A stretch of DNA of 63,989 nucleotides, counting the filler, from an uncultured Acidimicrobiia bacterium (GTDB lineage Bacteria > Actinomycetota > Acidimicrobiia > Spongiisociales > JAOTWH01): the NCBI GenBank assembly GCA_964347285.1. It is 3 parts of 3 records of this genome, joined end to end, with 100 filler letters (N's around TTAATTAATTAA, not from the genome) between each part and the next. Parts side by side here need not be neighbours in the genome. Positions count along the whole stretch, not along the records: positions 26,161 to 51,890 come from CAYFYE010000029.1; 2 more parts are not named here. One strand, written 5' to 3'. The notes beneath the pieces were generated by a model. It had not been told where the DNA came from. It saw only the letters and a program-made list of their open reading frames with translations, and did no database searches. This document shows, in pieces, positions 30,441-38,946 of this stretch. Within the stretch, counting starts at the first letter, position 1, and the number at the start of each line of letters is the position of its first letter. The position numbers and the translations under genes were made by a program.

Positions 30441-30991
30441 GCGACGTGGGGGCTCGCATGGCGGTCGACCTGGTGAACACCATCGATCGGGTGTCCGGCC
30501 AGGACGACCTGGCTGACGTCCAGGGGCTGGTCGCCTTCCTCGCCCGCCATGAGGGTAAGTGGCATCGCGACGACCCAGCCGGTCGGCCCACGGAGGCCGA
30601 TCTGGAGGGGGTGCGCCGGCTTCGGGAGCGTCTCCGGGCGGTCTTTGATGCCGGAAGCCCCGAGGTAGCCGCCGCCACCCTCAACTCCGTGCTCTCCGAT
30701 GTCGTGGCCACTCCGCGTCTGAGCGTCGATGGCCCGGCTCCCCGCTTCCGGATCGAGCCGATTGAGGGGCGCATTCCCGAGTGGTTGGGGGCGGCCGCGG
30801 CGATGGGACTGGCGGCGGTGTTGGTCGATCACGGCATCGAACGCTTCGGCACCTGCGCCGCCCACGACTGCGTCGACGCCTTCGTCGACACGTCGAAGAA
30901 TCGATCGCGACGCCACTGCTCGACCACGTGCTCCAACCGGGAGAACGTCGCCGCCCATCGAGCTCGATCCCGGAACAAGTCGGCGAAGTGA
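30422..30991 (+). CDS. ABATE/CGNR zinc-finger putative transcription regulator
   Basis: DLVNT, LRERLRAVF, C..x.C...FVDTSKNRSRRHCSTTCSNR. Start may be GTG 30422 or ATG 30458. Confidence 0.9.
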   Translation: MSFSYYSDVGARMAVDLVNTIDRVSGQDDLADVQGLVAFLARHEGKWHRDDPAGRPTEADLEGVRRLRERLRAVFDAGSPEVAAATLNSVLSDVVATPRLSVDGPAPRFRIEPIEGRIPEWLGAAAAMGLAAVLVDHGIERFGTCAAHDCVDAFVDTSKNRSRRHCSTTCSNRENVAAHRARSRNKSAK

Positions 30992-31043
30992 TCGCTCGAA
31001 AGGCGCCCGCGAACACTTCTTGCGAGCGAGTCCCTCCCGGCGG

Positions 31044-32261
31044 TCACACGGCCCCGGGCTCTGGGGTCGCTCCACCGACGGCGGGACGGGTTTCGGGCAG
31101 CAGCGTGGCCACCACGCCGGCGCCGAGCACGTAGCTGACTCCGGCCAGGGCCATGGCCGGGCCCAGCCCCAGCGGTTCGGCCAACAGGCCGACGATCAGG
31201 GGGGCCGCCGCTCCGCCGGCGATGTCGAACAGCCGGACCACCGCCCCGACCCGGCCCCGATAGAGGGCCGGGAACGGCTCGGCGCCGAATGCCGACATGC
31301 CGGGGGTGGAGCCGGTGAGCCCGAAGATCACCAGGGCCAGGCCGACGGCCCGTACCACGTCCGTCTCGGCCGGGAAGGCGATGAAGCCGGCCACCGTGGC
31401 CAGGGTGAGGAACACGATGGTCGTGGGCCTCCGGCCCCACGAGTCGAGCAGCCGGCCGGCGACGAAGAATCCGCTGATTCCCAGCACCCACAGTGTGACG
31501 TAGATGGCGTTGATGTCGGCCAGTTTCCACTGCCACTCGTCGATCACCAGGGAGGAGGCGAAAGAGGTGACTGCCGTGGGCATGACCGAGAACAGGAAGG
31601 CCAGGGCGGCCACCCCGGCCACCCATCGGGCTCGCACCCGTCGTCGCAGGTCCCGGATCGGCACCCGCTCGGGCAGGATCGCCCGCCGGGTCTCGGGGAG
31701 ATCGCGCCGGGCCCGGGCGATGAGCAGCAGCGGGACGATCCCGACCAGGTAGAGGAGGCGCCACGAGGCGCCGGTGAGGTCGGTGAGGAAGAACCCCAGC
31801 CCGGCCCCCGCCTGCCCGAAGGCGACCATCGACGACAACAGGCCGAGCGATCGCCCCCTTCGGCGATCGGGGATCGCCTCCACCACGACGATGGAGGCGA
31901 GCGGCTTTTCGGCGCCGAGGAAGATCCGGGCCACGAATTGGTAGATGGTGAAGTCGACCACGCCCTGGGAGAAAGCGGTGAGGAAGGTGAAAATCGTGTA
32001 GCCGCCGATGGTGAGCGTCAACGTGGGTCGACGGCCCCAGCGATCCGCCAGTGCGAGCAGCACCAAGGAGCCGTAGGAGCCGGCCAGAATGATCGACACC
32101 ATCACCCCGGCCTCGGCGAGGCTGAGGCCGAACGAGCGCCGGATGCTTGGCAGGGCCAGGCCCAGGATCAGACCGTCGTAACCGTCGAAGAAGGTGGCCG
32201 GGGCCAGGAGCCACATGAGCCGGCGCCCGGCCCGGTCGAGGCGCTGGCGGGCCGGCGCCAT
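31044..32261 (-). CDS. MFS transporter
   Basis: FFDGYD, LADRWGRR, LDSWGRR, ~12 TM. Confidence 0.92.
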   Translation of the reverse strand: MAPARQRLDRAGRRLMWLLAPATFFDGYDGLILGLALPSIRRSFGLSLAEAGVMVSIILAGSYGSLVLLALADRWGRRPTLTLTIGGYTIFTFLTAFSQGVVDFTIYQFVARIFLGAEKPLASIVVVEAIPDRRRGRSLGLLSSMVAFGQAGAGLGFFLTDLTGASWRLLYLVGIVPLLLIARARRDLPETRRAILPERVPIRDLRRRVRARWVAGVAALAFLFSVMPTAVTSFASSLVIDEWQWKLADINAIYVTLWVLGISGFFVAGRLLDSWGRRPTTIVFLTLATVAGFIAFPAETDVVRAVGLALVIFGLTGSTPGMSAFGAEPFPALYRGRVGAVVRLFDIAGGAAAPLIVGLLAEPLGLGPAMALAGVSYVLGAGVVATLLPETRPAVGGATPEPGAV

Positions 32262-32262
32262 G

Positions 32263-33261
32263 TCAGGCGTGCGGGTCGACCAGGAGCTTCGGTCCGTCCG
32301 CGCCGTCGATGAGCCGATCCATGGCCGCCGCAGTCTCGGCCAGGGGCACGGCGCCCTTGATGATCTGGCCCACGGCCGGGTCGGCGGCGACGTGTTCGAG
32401 GGCCGCCGCCATCGACTCGGGCAATGGGCCCGAGATCGAGAAGGCCCGTTGCTCCCGTACGGTCATCCGCAGCAGCAGCACCGGCATCATGGGGATGCCG
32501 AGGACGCCGACGGTGCCGGCATAGCCGCAGGCGTCCCAGACCTCCTGCAGGGACTCCTGGACCCCCGAGCACTCGAAGGCGTAGCGGAATCCCTTGGGGT
32601 CGAGGTCCACCCCGACCCGGTAGGCGTCCTCCGTGGAATCGATGGTCGCCTCACAGCCGAGGGCCCGGCCGAGGTCGCGGCGGTCGGGGAGGGGATCCGC
32701 TCCCACCACCCGGGCCCCGACGGCCACCAGTGCCGTCACCGTGGAGAGGCCGATCGTGCCCAGCCCGCTGACGAAGGCGATCTCCCCTTCGGCAGGGTCG
32801 GCAATCTCCACCGCCCGGACCCCGACCCCGAGCGGATCGGCCATCGAGGCGACCTGGTCGGAGACCCCGTCGGGAATCGGGATGAGATTCTCGGGCGGGT
32901 AGGTGGCGTACTCGGCATAGCCGCCCCAGCGCCCCTCGATGGGGTTCAGGCAGTAGCGGCGCTCGCCGGCCCGGCACCAGGCACACTCCCCGCAGGCCCG
33001 GGCCGGGAACACAACCACCCGGGCGCCCCGCTCCCATTGTCCGGTCGGGTCGTCCTCGACCGTGGCCGAGATCTCGTGGCCGAGCACCCGGTCGGGAGCG
33101 GCCATTGCTCCCGACTTGTAGACGGAGAGGTCGGAGCCGCAGATGCCGCAGTAGGTGACCCGCACCAGCACCTCCCCCGGTCCGGGCTCGGGGATAGGAA
33201 CCTCTCGCAGCGTCAGGGTGCGAGTGTCCTCGAAGAACAGGGCACGCATCGTCCCGGACAT
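32263..33261 (-). CDS. Zinc-binding medium-chain alcohol dehydrogenase
   Basis: CGICGSD, GHE, CGECAWC...C structural Zn, GLGTIG. Confidence 0.92.
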   Translation of the reverse strand: MSGTMRALFFEDTRTLTLREVPIPEPGPGEVLVRVTYCGICGSDLSVYKSGAMAAPDRVLGHEISATVEDDPTGQWERGARVVVFPARACGECAWCRAGERRYCLNPIEGRWGGYAEYATYPPENLIPIPDGVSDQVASMADPLGVGVRAVEIADPAEGEIAFVSGLGTIGLSTVTALVAVGARVVGADPLPDRRDLGRALGCEATIDSTEDAYRVGVDLDPKGFRYAFECSGVQESLQEVWDACGYAGTVGVLGIPMMPVLLLRMTVREQRAFSISGPLPESMAAALEHVAADPAVGQIIKGAVPLAETAAAMDRLIDGADGPKLLVDPHA

Positions 33262-33400
33262 GGCGGCGATCCTAGGTGGGGGGGTGGCCGCCATGCCGGG
33301 CAGGGGTGGCCCCCCGGTACCCCGAGGAGCGGGCGGCTCGGGTGGGCCGGGTTTCAGTCCGGCGCCATTCGGCCGCTGATGACGAACCTCTGCGACCTCG

Positions 33401-33601
33401 TCACGACCGCCCGGCAATCGCTCCGGCCACCGGGGCGATCACCAGCCACAATCCGATCGTCGCAATGAGTGCTGTGCCGTAGCTGAAGGAGTTGATTCCC
33501 AGCTCTTCCTGGAGGATGCCTCCGAAGATCATGAGGATCCAGGCACTCAAGAAGAAGAGCGCGCCGGCTCCGGGGATGGCAAAGAACGAACGACAGCCCA
33601 T
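33401..33601 (-). CDS. Small hydrophobic membrane protein (66 aa)
   Basis: RBS ggaggg, two TM segments, W.LM.F.G...SY pattern shared with 25739-25927. Confidence 0.7.
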   Translation of the reverse strand: MGCRSFFAIPGAGALFFLSAWILMIFGGILQEELGINSFSYGTALIATIGLWLVIAPVAGAIAGRS

Positions 33602-33753
33602 GGTTCCCTCCCGTCTCTGGCGCGAGGCTAGGTATTTCCGGAGGGAGAGGTCGCCGTCCATTGGGAATACCTTTGGGGCGCCGCACCGGGTCGGCGGCGT
33701 CGACGGTCCGACGCCCACCGGCTTCGGGTGACCTCGATACGCTCTCCAGCGCC

Positions 33754-34863
33754 ATGCATGCCCGCCCGACCCCATCGCATCGCTTCGAGCCTGCCCGCCG
33801 GCGGTGGGCCGTAGCCGGACTCGCCGTGGTGTTGGTCCTGCCTGCCTGCACGTCGGACGATGCCCTCATCACCACGACGGCAACCGGAGTCGAGCCGGCA
33901 GCAACGATGGCCTCCTCCACCGCTTCGTCGCCCCCCACCTCAGAGCCGCCAGCGACTGTAACGGCACCGACGCCGCCCCCTGTACCGACGTGGCGCCGGC
34001 TCGCCAACGTCCCTACCCCGCGCACCGAAGTGGCCGCTGCGGTGATGGGCGGGAATATCTACGTGGTCGGGGGTTTCGTCGCCGACGGCACCACCGTCGG
34101 TGTGGTCGAGGTGTACGACCCGGCCGCCGACGCCTGGGAGCAAGGACCTTCCCTGCCCTTAGCGGTCAATCACGCCATGGCCGTGGGGGTCGAAGACTCG
34201 CTCTATGTCTTCGGTGGCAACACCGGCCCCGGCTTTGGGCGACCGAGCGACCGCGCTTTCGTTCTGCGTGAGGGGGCCTGGGAGGAGATCGACGCAATGC
34301 CGCAGAGTCGCTCGGCCGGTGGGGCAGCCGCGGTCGGTGGGAGCATCTTCATCGTCGGCGGGGTTGGATCGGACGGTCCGGCCGAAACGACGATGGTCTA
34401 CGACACCGTCGCCGGGAGCTGGAGCGAGGCGCCGGGCCTCCTCACCCCCCGTGAGCATCTCGGGGTGGCCTCCGACGGCGCCCGGGTGTACGCAGTGGGG
34501 GGCCGGGTCGGTTCACCGGCCGGCAACCTTTCAGTCGCAGAGGCGTTCGATCCCGTCACGGGTAGCTGGACGTCGCTCCCCGACCAGCCCAGCCCCCGGG
34601 GCGGCATCGCTGCGGCGGTGACGGCGAGCGGCATACTCGCCTCGGTGGGTGGGGAGAACCAGGTGGACGCCTTCGCCACAGCCGAGGCCTTCGATACCCG
34701 CCTGGGGACCTGGTCGGTCCTTCCCGATATGCCCACTCCCCGCCACGGGCTGGGGGTGGTCGCCATCGGCGATGCGCTGTACGTGGTGGCCGGAGGACCT
34801 CGGGCCGGCCTGTTCACCTCGGGAGCCAATGAATTCATTGACCTGAGTGCGTTTCGGGGTTGA
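33754..34863 (+). CDS. Kelch-repeat lipoprotein
   Basis: Lipobox-like LPAC, Thr/Pro linker, six GG-containing Kelch repeats (YVVGG...YDP..W). Confidence 0.9.
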   Translation: MHARPTPSHRFEPARRRWAVAGLAVVLVLPACTSDDALITTTATGVEPAATMASSTASSPPTSEPPATVTAPTPPPVPTWRRLANVPTPRTEVAAAVMGGNIYVVGGFVADGTTVGVVEVYDPAADAWEQGPSLPLAVNHAMAVGVEDSLYVFGGNTGPGFGRPSDRAFVLREGAWEEIDAMPQSRSAGGAAAVGGSIFIVGGVGSDGPAETTMVYDTVAGSWSEAPGLLTPREHLGVASDGARVYAVGGRVGSPAGNLSVAEAFDPVTGSWTSLPDQPSPRGGIAAAVTASGILASVGGENQVDAFATAEAFDTRLGTWSVLPDMPTPRHGLGVVAIGDALYVVAGGPRAGLFTSGANEFIDLSAFRG

Positions 34864-34929
34864 TCGGCCGGGGCGGAGCCCGTCGACGCGGCCGGGTGAC
34901 GTTGGCGCCCCGCCGGTAGAGTCGCCGCC

Positions 34930-36609
34930 ATGGAACACGGCGGCATCCACGCCGCTCGGGCCCTCAAGCAGGCAGGGGTCGAGATGATCTTCGCGCTGCC
35001 CGGGGGCCACATCATGCCGCTCTTCGACGGGGCCGGCCGCGAGGCGCTGCCGCTCGTCGACGTGCGCCACGAGGAGAACGCCGTGCTCATGGCTGCCGGA
35101 TGGGCACTGGCCACCGGTCGACCCGCGGTGGGCGCCGTCACCGCCGGTCCCGGCCTGACCAACGCCCTTCCCGGCATGGCCGAGGCCAATGCCTCCGGCA
35201 TCCCCACGGTCGTTCTGGCGGGCCGCACCGGCCTCAACCAGCGCAATCGAGGGGCGGTCCAGGACGTGGATCAACTCGCCCTGGTGACTCCGGTCACCAA
35301 GTGGCAGGCCCAGTGTCTGGAGAGCGCCGCCATCCCCGCTCTGGTGGCCGAGGCGGTACATCAGGCCCGCTCGGGGGCTCCCGGGGTGGCCTATCTGGAG
35401 ATCCCCCAGGATGTCTTCTCCGTCGAGACCGACATACCGGACGGGGTGACGCCGACCGGTCACGACCCCAGCTTGCCCCGCTCGGTCCCGACAGGCGCCG
35501 ACGTCGAGCGGGCGGTGGAGATGCTGGCCGGGGCCCAACGCCCTGCCGTCCTGGCCGGCTCGGGGGCCTTCTTCTCGGGAGCCGAGAAGGCGCTGGTCCA
35601 TTTCGCCGAGCGAAGCGGCCTGCCCGTGATCACGACTGCAGCGGCTCGGGGCCTGATCGACGACGATCATCCCCTCTGCCTGGGCGGCCTGATTCACGGC
35701 GGAGTGGCTCTGGTGTCGGCCGATGTATCACTGATCTTGGGCTCCCGATTCAACGCCAATTTGGTCTACGGCGGCCCGCCGCTGTTTTCGCCGGACCAGC
35801 AGGTGATCCAACTGGACGTCCGCCCCGAGCACACCGGTGGTCGTCGTCGACCGGCCCTGGCGCTCGCCGGGGATGTGTCCGCGGCCCTCGATGCGCTCAC
35901 CGAGGCCTGGACGGCCCCGGCCGATCGGTTCTCGGGGTGGACCGCCGATGCCAAGGGAGCAGCGGCTGCCAGCCGGACCGGGTGGGAGGCCGAGACCGAA
36001 CGTCCGGCCCCCGGGGGGATCCATCCGGGATGGGCGGCCCGGGTGACGGCTCAATTTGCCGACGAGATCGGAGCTACGTTCGTGAGCGACGGCGGTGACG
36101 CGGTGATCTGGGGGATTGCGTTCGGCCGGGCCCACCGACCGGGCACGCACAGCTTCATCGGCTCGGCCATGGGGACTCTCGGCGTGGGCCTTCCGTTCGC
36201 GTTGGGGGCTCGCTCGGCCCGCCCTGGCGAGCCGGTGGTCCTGTGGACCGGCGACGGGGCCTTCGGGCTGTCGGCGATCGAGCTGGACACGTCCGCCCGG
36301 CACCACCTGCCGGCGATCGTGGTCGTGGCCAACAACGGCGGATGGGGCGACGTGCGGCACGAGCACCGCATGCGCTACGGCGATCAGTCAGACGAACCCA
36401 CCGTTCCCTCGGGAATGCGCTACGACCTGCTGGCCGAGGCGGTGGGAGGGCACGGCGAGCGGGTCACCGATCCGGCCGAGTTGCGCCCGGCGCTGGAAAG
36501 GTCGATGCGGGCCGGCGAGGAAGGGCGCCCCGCAGTCGTCGACGTGCTCACCGATCCCGAGGTGATGAGCGACTTCATGCGCAACATGAGCGCGTTGAGC
36601 CTCATGTAG
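34930..36609 (+). CDS. Thiamine pyrophosphate-binding enzyme (acetolactate synthase-like / 2-hydroxyacyl-CoA lyase-like)
   Basis: PGGHI, VRHE, TAGPG, GDGAFG...NNGGWG. Confidence 0.9.
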   Translation: MEHGGIHAARALKQAGVEMIFALPGGHIMPLFDGAGREALPLVDVRHEENAVLMAAGWALATGRPAVGAVTAGPGLTNALPGMAEANASGIPTVVLAGRTGLNQRNRGAVQDVDQLALVTPVTKWQAQCLESAAIPALVAEAVHQARSGAPGVAYLEIPQDVFSVETDIPDGVTPTGHDPSLPRSVPTGADVERAVEMLAGAQRPAVLAGSGAFFSGAEKALVHFAERSGLPVITTAAARGLIDDDHPLCLGGLIHGGVALVSADVSLILGSRFNANLVYGGPPLFSPDQQVIQLDVRPEHTGGRRRPALALAGDVSAALDALTEAWTAPADRFSGWTADAKGAAAASRTGWEAETERPAPGGIHPGWAARVTAQFADEIGATFVSDGGDAVIWGIAFGRAHRPGTHSFIGSAMGTLGVGLPFALGARSARPGEPVVLWTGDGAFGLSAIELDTSARHHLPAIVVVANNGGWGDVRHEHRMRYGDQSDEPTVPSGMRYDLLAEAVGGHGERVTDPAELRPALERSMRAGEEGRPAVVDVLTDPEVMSDFMRNMSALSLM

Positions 36610-36648
36610 ACGCGCCTCGGCCGGTGCCTGTCGCCCGCTGGTGTCGCC

Positions 36649-37434
36649 TCAATCCTGGGCAGAGGACTCGAACACGCTGAACACGGCTCCGGCCGGGTCC
36701 TCGAGCACGGCGAAGCGCCCGATGCCGATCTCGGTGGCAGGGCGCAGCACCTTGCCGCCCGCCTGGGCGGCCTTGGCGCAGGTCGCCTCGGCGTCGTCCA
36801 CGGCGAAATAGGTCATCCAGTGGGACGGGGCCTCGGCGGGCACCTCGGCCGGCATCGCCATGAGTCCGGCCACGTCGCGGCCGTCGAGCTTGAACATCGT
36901 GTATCGGGTACCACCCGATTCACTGGTCTCGGCTTTCCAACCGAAGACGGCGCCGTAGAAGGCCTCGGCCCGGGCCGGGTCGCGGCTGAGCACCTCCGCC
37001 CAGCACAGGGCCCCGCTCTCGCCGAACACTTCGAGGCCTTGTTCGGGCGGCCCCTCGAACAGGGCAAATGACGCGCCGGTGGGGTCGGCGAGCATGGCGA
37101 TACGAGCATTGTCGGGGATGTCGAAGGGCGGCTGCAGCACCTCGCCCCCTTCGGCCTCGGCCACCGCGATGGTGTCCTCCAGTCGCTCGACGTAGATGAA
37201 CGTCGTCCAGACCGGGGGGATCCCCATGGCCCGCTGGTCGGGGGACAGGGCCATCATTCCGGCCGCGTCCCGATCGCCCACCTTGGCGATGTAGTACGTG
37301 CCCAGCGGGGTCTCGTCGCCGCTGATGCTCCACCCGAGCAACTCCCCGTAGAAGGACCGGGCTCCCTCGATGTCGGTGGTTCCCAGGTCGGCCCAGCAGA
37401 TCGTCCCGGGTACCTGGTTGGTGATCGTGGACAT
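36649..37434 (-). CDS. VOC/glyoxalase family two-domain protein (Cfp32-like)
   Basis: PGTICWADL, FYGELLGW, DPTGA; duplicated domain; RBS ggaggagg. Confidence 0.9.
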   Translation of the reverse strand: MSTITNQVPGTICWADLGTTDIEGARSFYGELLGWSISGDETPLGTYYIAKVGDRDAAGMMALSPDQRAMGIPPVWTTFIYVERLEDTIAVAEAEGGEVLQPPFDIPDNARIAMLADPTGASFALFEGPPEQGLEVFGESGALCWAEVLSRDPARAEAFYGAVFGWKAETSESGGTRYTMFKLDGRDVAGLMAMPAEVPAEAPSHWMTYFAVDDAEATCAKAAQAGGKVLRPATEIGIGRFAVLEDPAGAVFSVFESSAQD

Positions 37435-37536
37435 AAACACCTCCTCCAAGCGATTCGACGGTAGGGCCGAATGAGGTGGCTCCGCTAGGGGCCTTTGGCG
37501 GAAAAGGGCCCGCCCTCGATACTGGGGGCGAGCACG

Positions 37537-38064
37537 ATGAGTCAGACCGAGCGCTCACTCGCAGTCCGGCGGGCCGTGGCGGTAGCGGTCCTGGCCCTAC
37601 TCGGCGGGTGCCGAGGTGAGGGGGAGGCCGACGAAACCGTTCCTCCGACCACCACGCCGAGCTTTCCGACCCTCGGCGCCGGAGCCGGAAGCGAGACCCC
37701 TCCGCTACCCGATCTCGATCCAGACCGGGTTGCGCTGGGGAGGGAGATCTACACAGAGCACTGCGCCTCGTGCCACGGGGCCGACGCCGAGGGCCAGCCC
37801 GACTGGATGATTCCCAACGAAGACGGCAGCTACAAGCCGCCGCCCCACGATGCCACCGGACACACCTGGCATCACGGCGACGACCTGCTGGTAGAGATCA
37901 TCCTGGTCGGGAGCGACTTCCCCCAGAGTCGCATGCCGGCCTATGCGGGCGTGCTCAGCGAGGACGAGACCTTGGCGATCCTCGATTACTTCAAGTCGCT
38001 GTGGGGTCCCACCGAGCGAGAGATTCAGTGGAACATCACCTGGCGGGCACAACAAGGAGGATGA
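37537..38064 (+). CDS. c-type cytochrome lipoprotein
   Basis: Lipobox LLGGC, CASCHG heme motif, PPHDATGHTWHH, MPAY. Confidence 0.88.
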   Translation: MSQTERSLAVRRAVAVAVLALLGGCRGEGEADETVPPTTTPSFPTLGAGAGSETPPLPDLDPDRVALGREIYTEHCASCHGADAEGQPDWMIPNEDGSYKPPPHDATGHTWHHGDDLLVEIILVGSDFPQSRMPAYAGVLSEDETLAILDYFKSLWGPTEREIQWNITWRAQQGG

Positions 38065-38074
38065 ACTCGGTCCC

Positions 38075-38483
38075 TCAGTTCCTCTTCCCAAAGCGGGCGA
38101 TGGTCTGACAGCGGTTCGGGTCGGTGCAGGCAGAGGGATCCAGGTGGCGGGCCCGCTCCGTGATTGCTTCGAGGTCGCGTCTTGCCTGGCGCAGTGAGGC
38201 GAGGCGATCGTTGATCTCACGAGGTGGCTTTCCAGCGGACCGATCACGTGATGGCAGGTGGGCTCGCCCTGGGCGCGCAGTTCGAGGATCTCCCCGACCT
38301 CGCCAAGCGTCAACCGGGCGGAATGGGCATCCTTGACGAACACCAGCCGCTCCACGGCCCGATCGTCGCATTGTCGGTAACCGTTGCGGGCTCGTTCGGG
38401 CTGAGGCAGCACCCCGATGCCCTCGTAGTAACGAATGGTCTTGGTCGATACCCCGGTCTTTGGGCCAGCTCTCCGATGCTCAT
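38075..38483 (-). pseudogene. MerR-family heavy-metal regulator with two frameshifts
   Basis: MSIGELAQ / KTGVSTKTIRYYE...NGYR...EPTCHH / EINDRLASL...CTDPNRC in three frames; shifts near 38460 and 38220. Confidence 0.85.
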
Positions 38484-38497
38484 GCTCCCAGGGGAGT

Positions 38498-38529
38498 TTG
38501 ACATTCCAGTTGACTAGAAGGTATACGGT
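38498..38529 (+). promoter_or_regulatory. MerR-type promoter/operator for the cyt c-copB operon
   Basis: TTGACA at 38498, dyad ACATTCCAGT-TG-ACTAGAAGGT (38501-38522) filling an extended spacer before TATACG/TACGGT. Confidence 0.8.
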
Positions 38530-38535
38530 AGGCAC

Positions 38536-38937
38536 ATGAGGAGGCGAGGGCACTCGGAAGGGTCCGGAACACACCTTCGTGCCGTTCCATCGGCTCTGCT
38601 GGTCCTGTTGCTGGCAGCCTGCGCCACCACTCAAGTGTCCGGACCGGGGTCGGCCGAAGGCGATGCCGCGGCGGGCGAGATCGTCTATGACCAGCATTGC
38701 GCGTCGTGTCATGGGGCCCGGGGCGGCGGCTCGGCTCAGGGCCCAGCCCTCGTCGACGCCACCTACCGGCCCAGCCGCCACGCCGACTTCGCCTTCTTTG
38801 CGGCGGTGCGCAACGGGGTGCGGGCCCATCACTGGGACTTCGGTCCGATGCCGCCGATCGACGGGCTGACGGACGACGACGTAACCGATATCGTCGCCTA
38901 CGTCAGGCAGCTTCAAGAGGGTGCCGGCATTCGCTGA
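38536..38937 (+). CDS. c-type cytochrome lipoprotein
   Basis: Lipobox LLAAC, CASCHG, GVRAHHWDFGPMPP. Confidence 0.88.
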   Translation: MRRRGHSEGSGTHLRAVPSALLVLLLAACATTQVSGPGSAEGDAAAGEIVYDQHCASCHGARGGGSAQGPALVDATYRPSRHADFAFFAAVRNGVRAHHWDFGPMPPIDGLTDDDVTDIVAYVRQLQEGAGIR

Positions 38938-38946
38938 GGGGAGATC

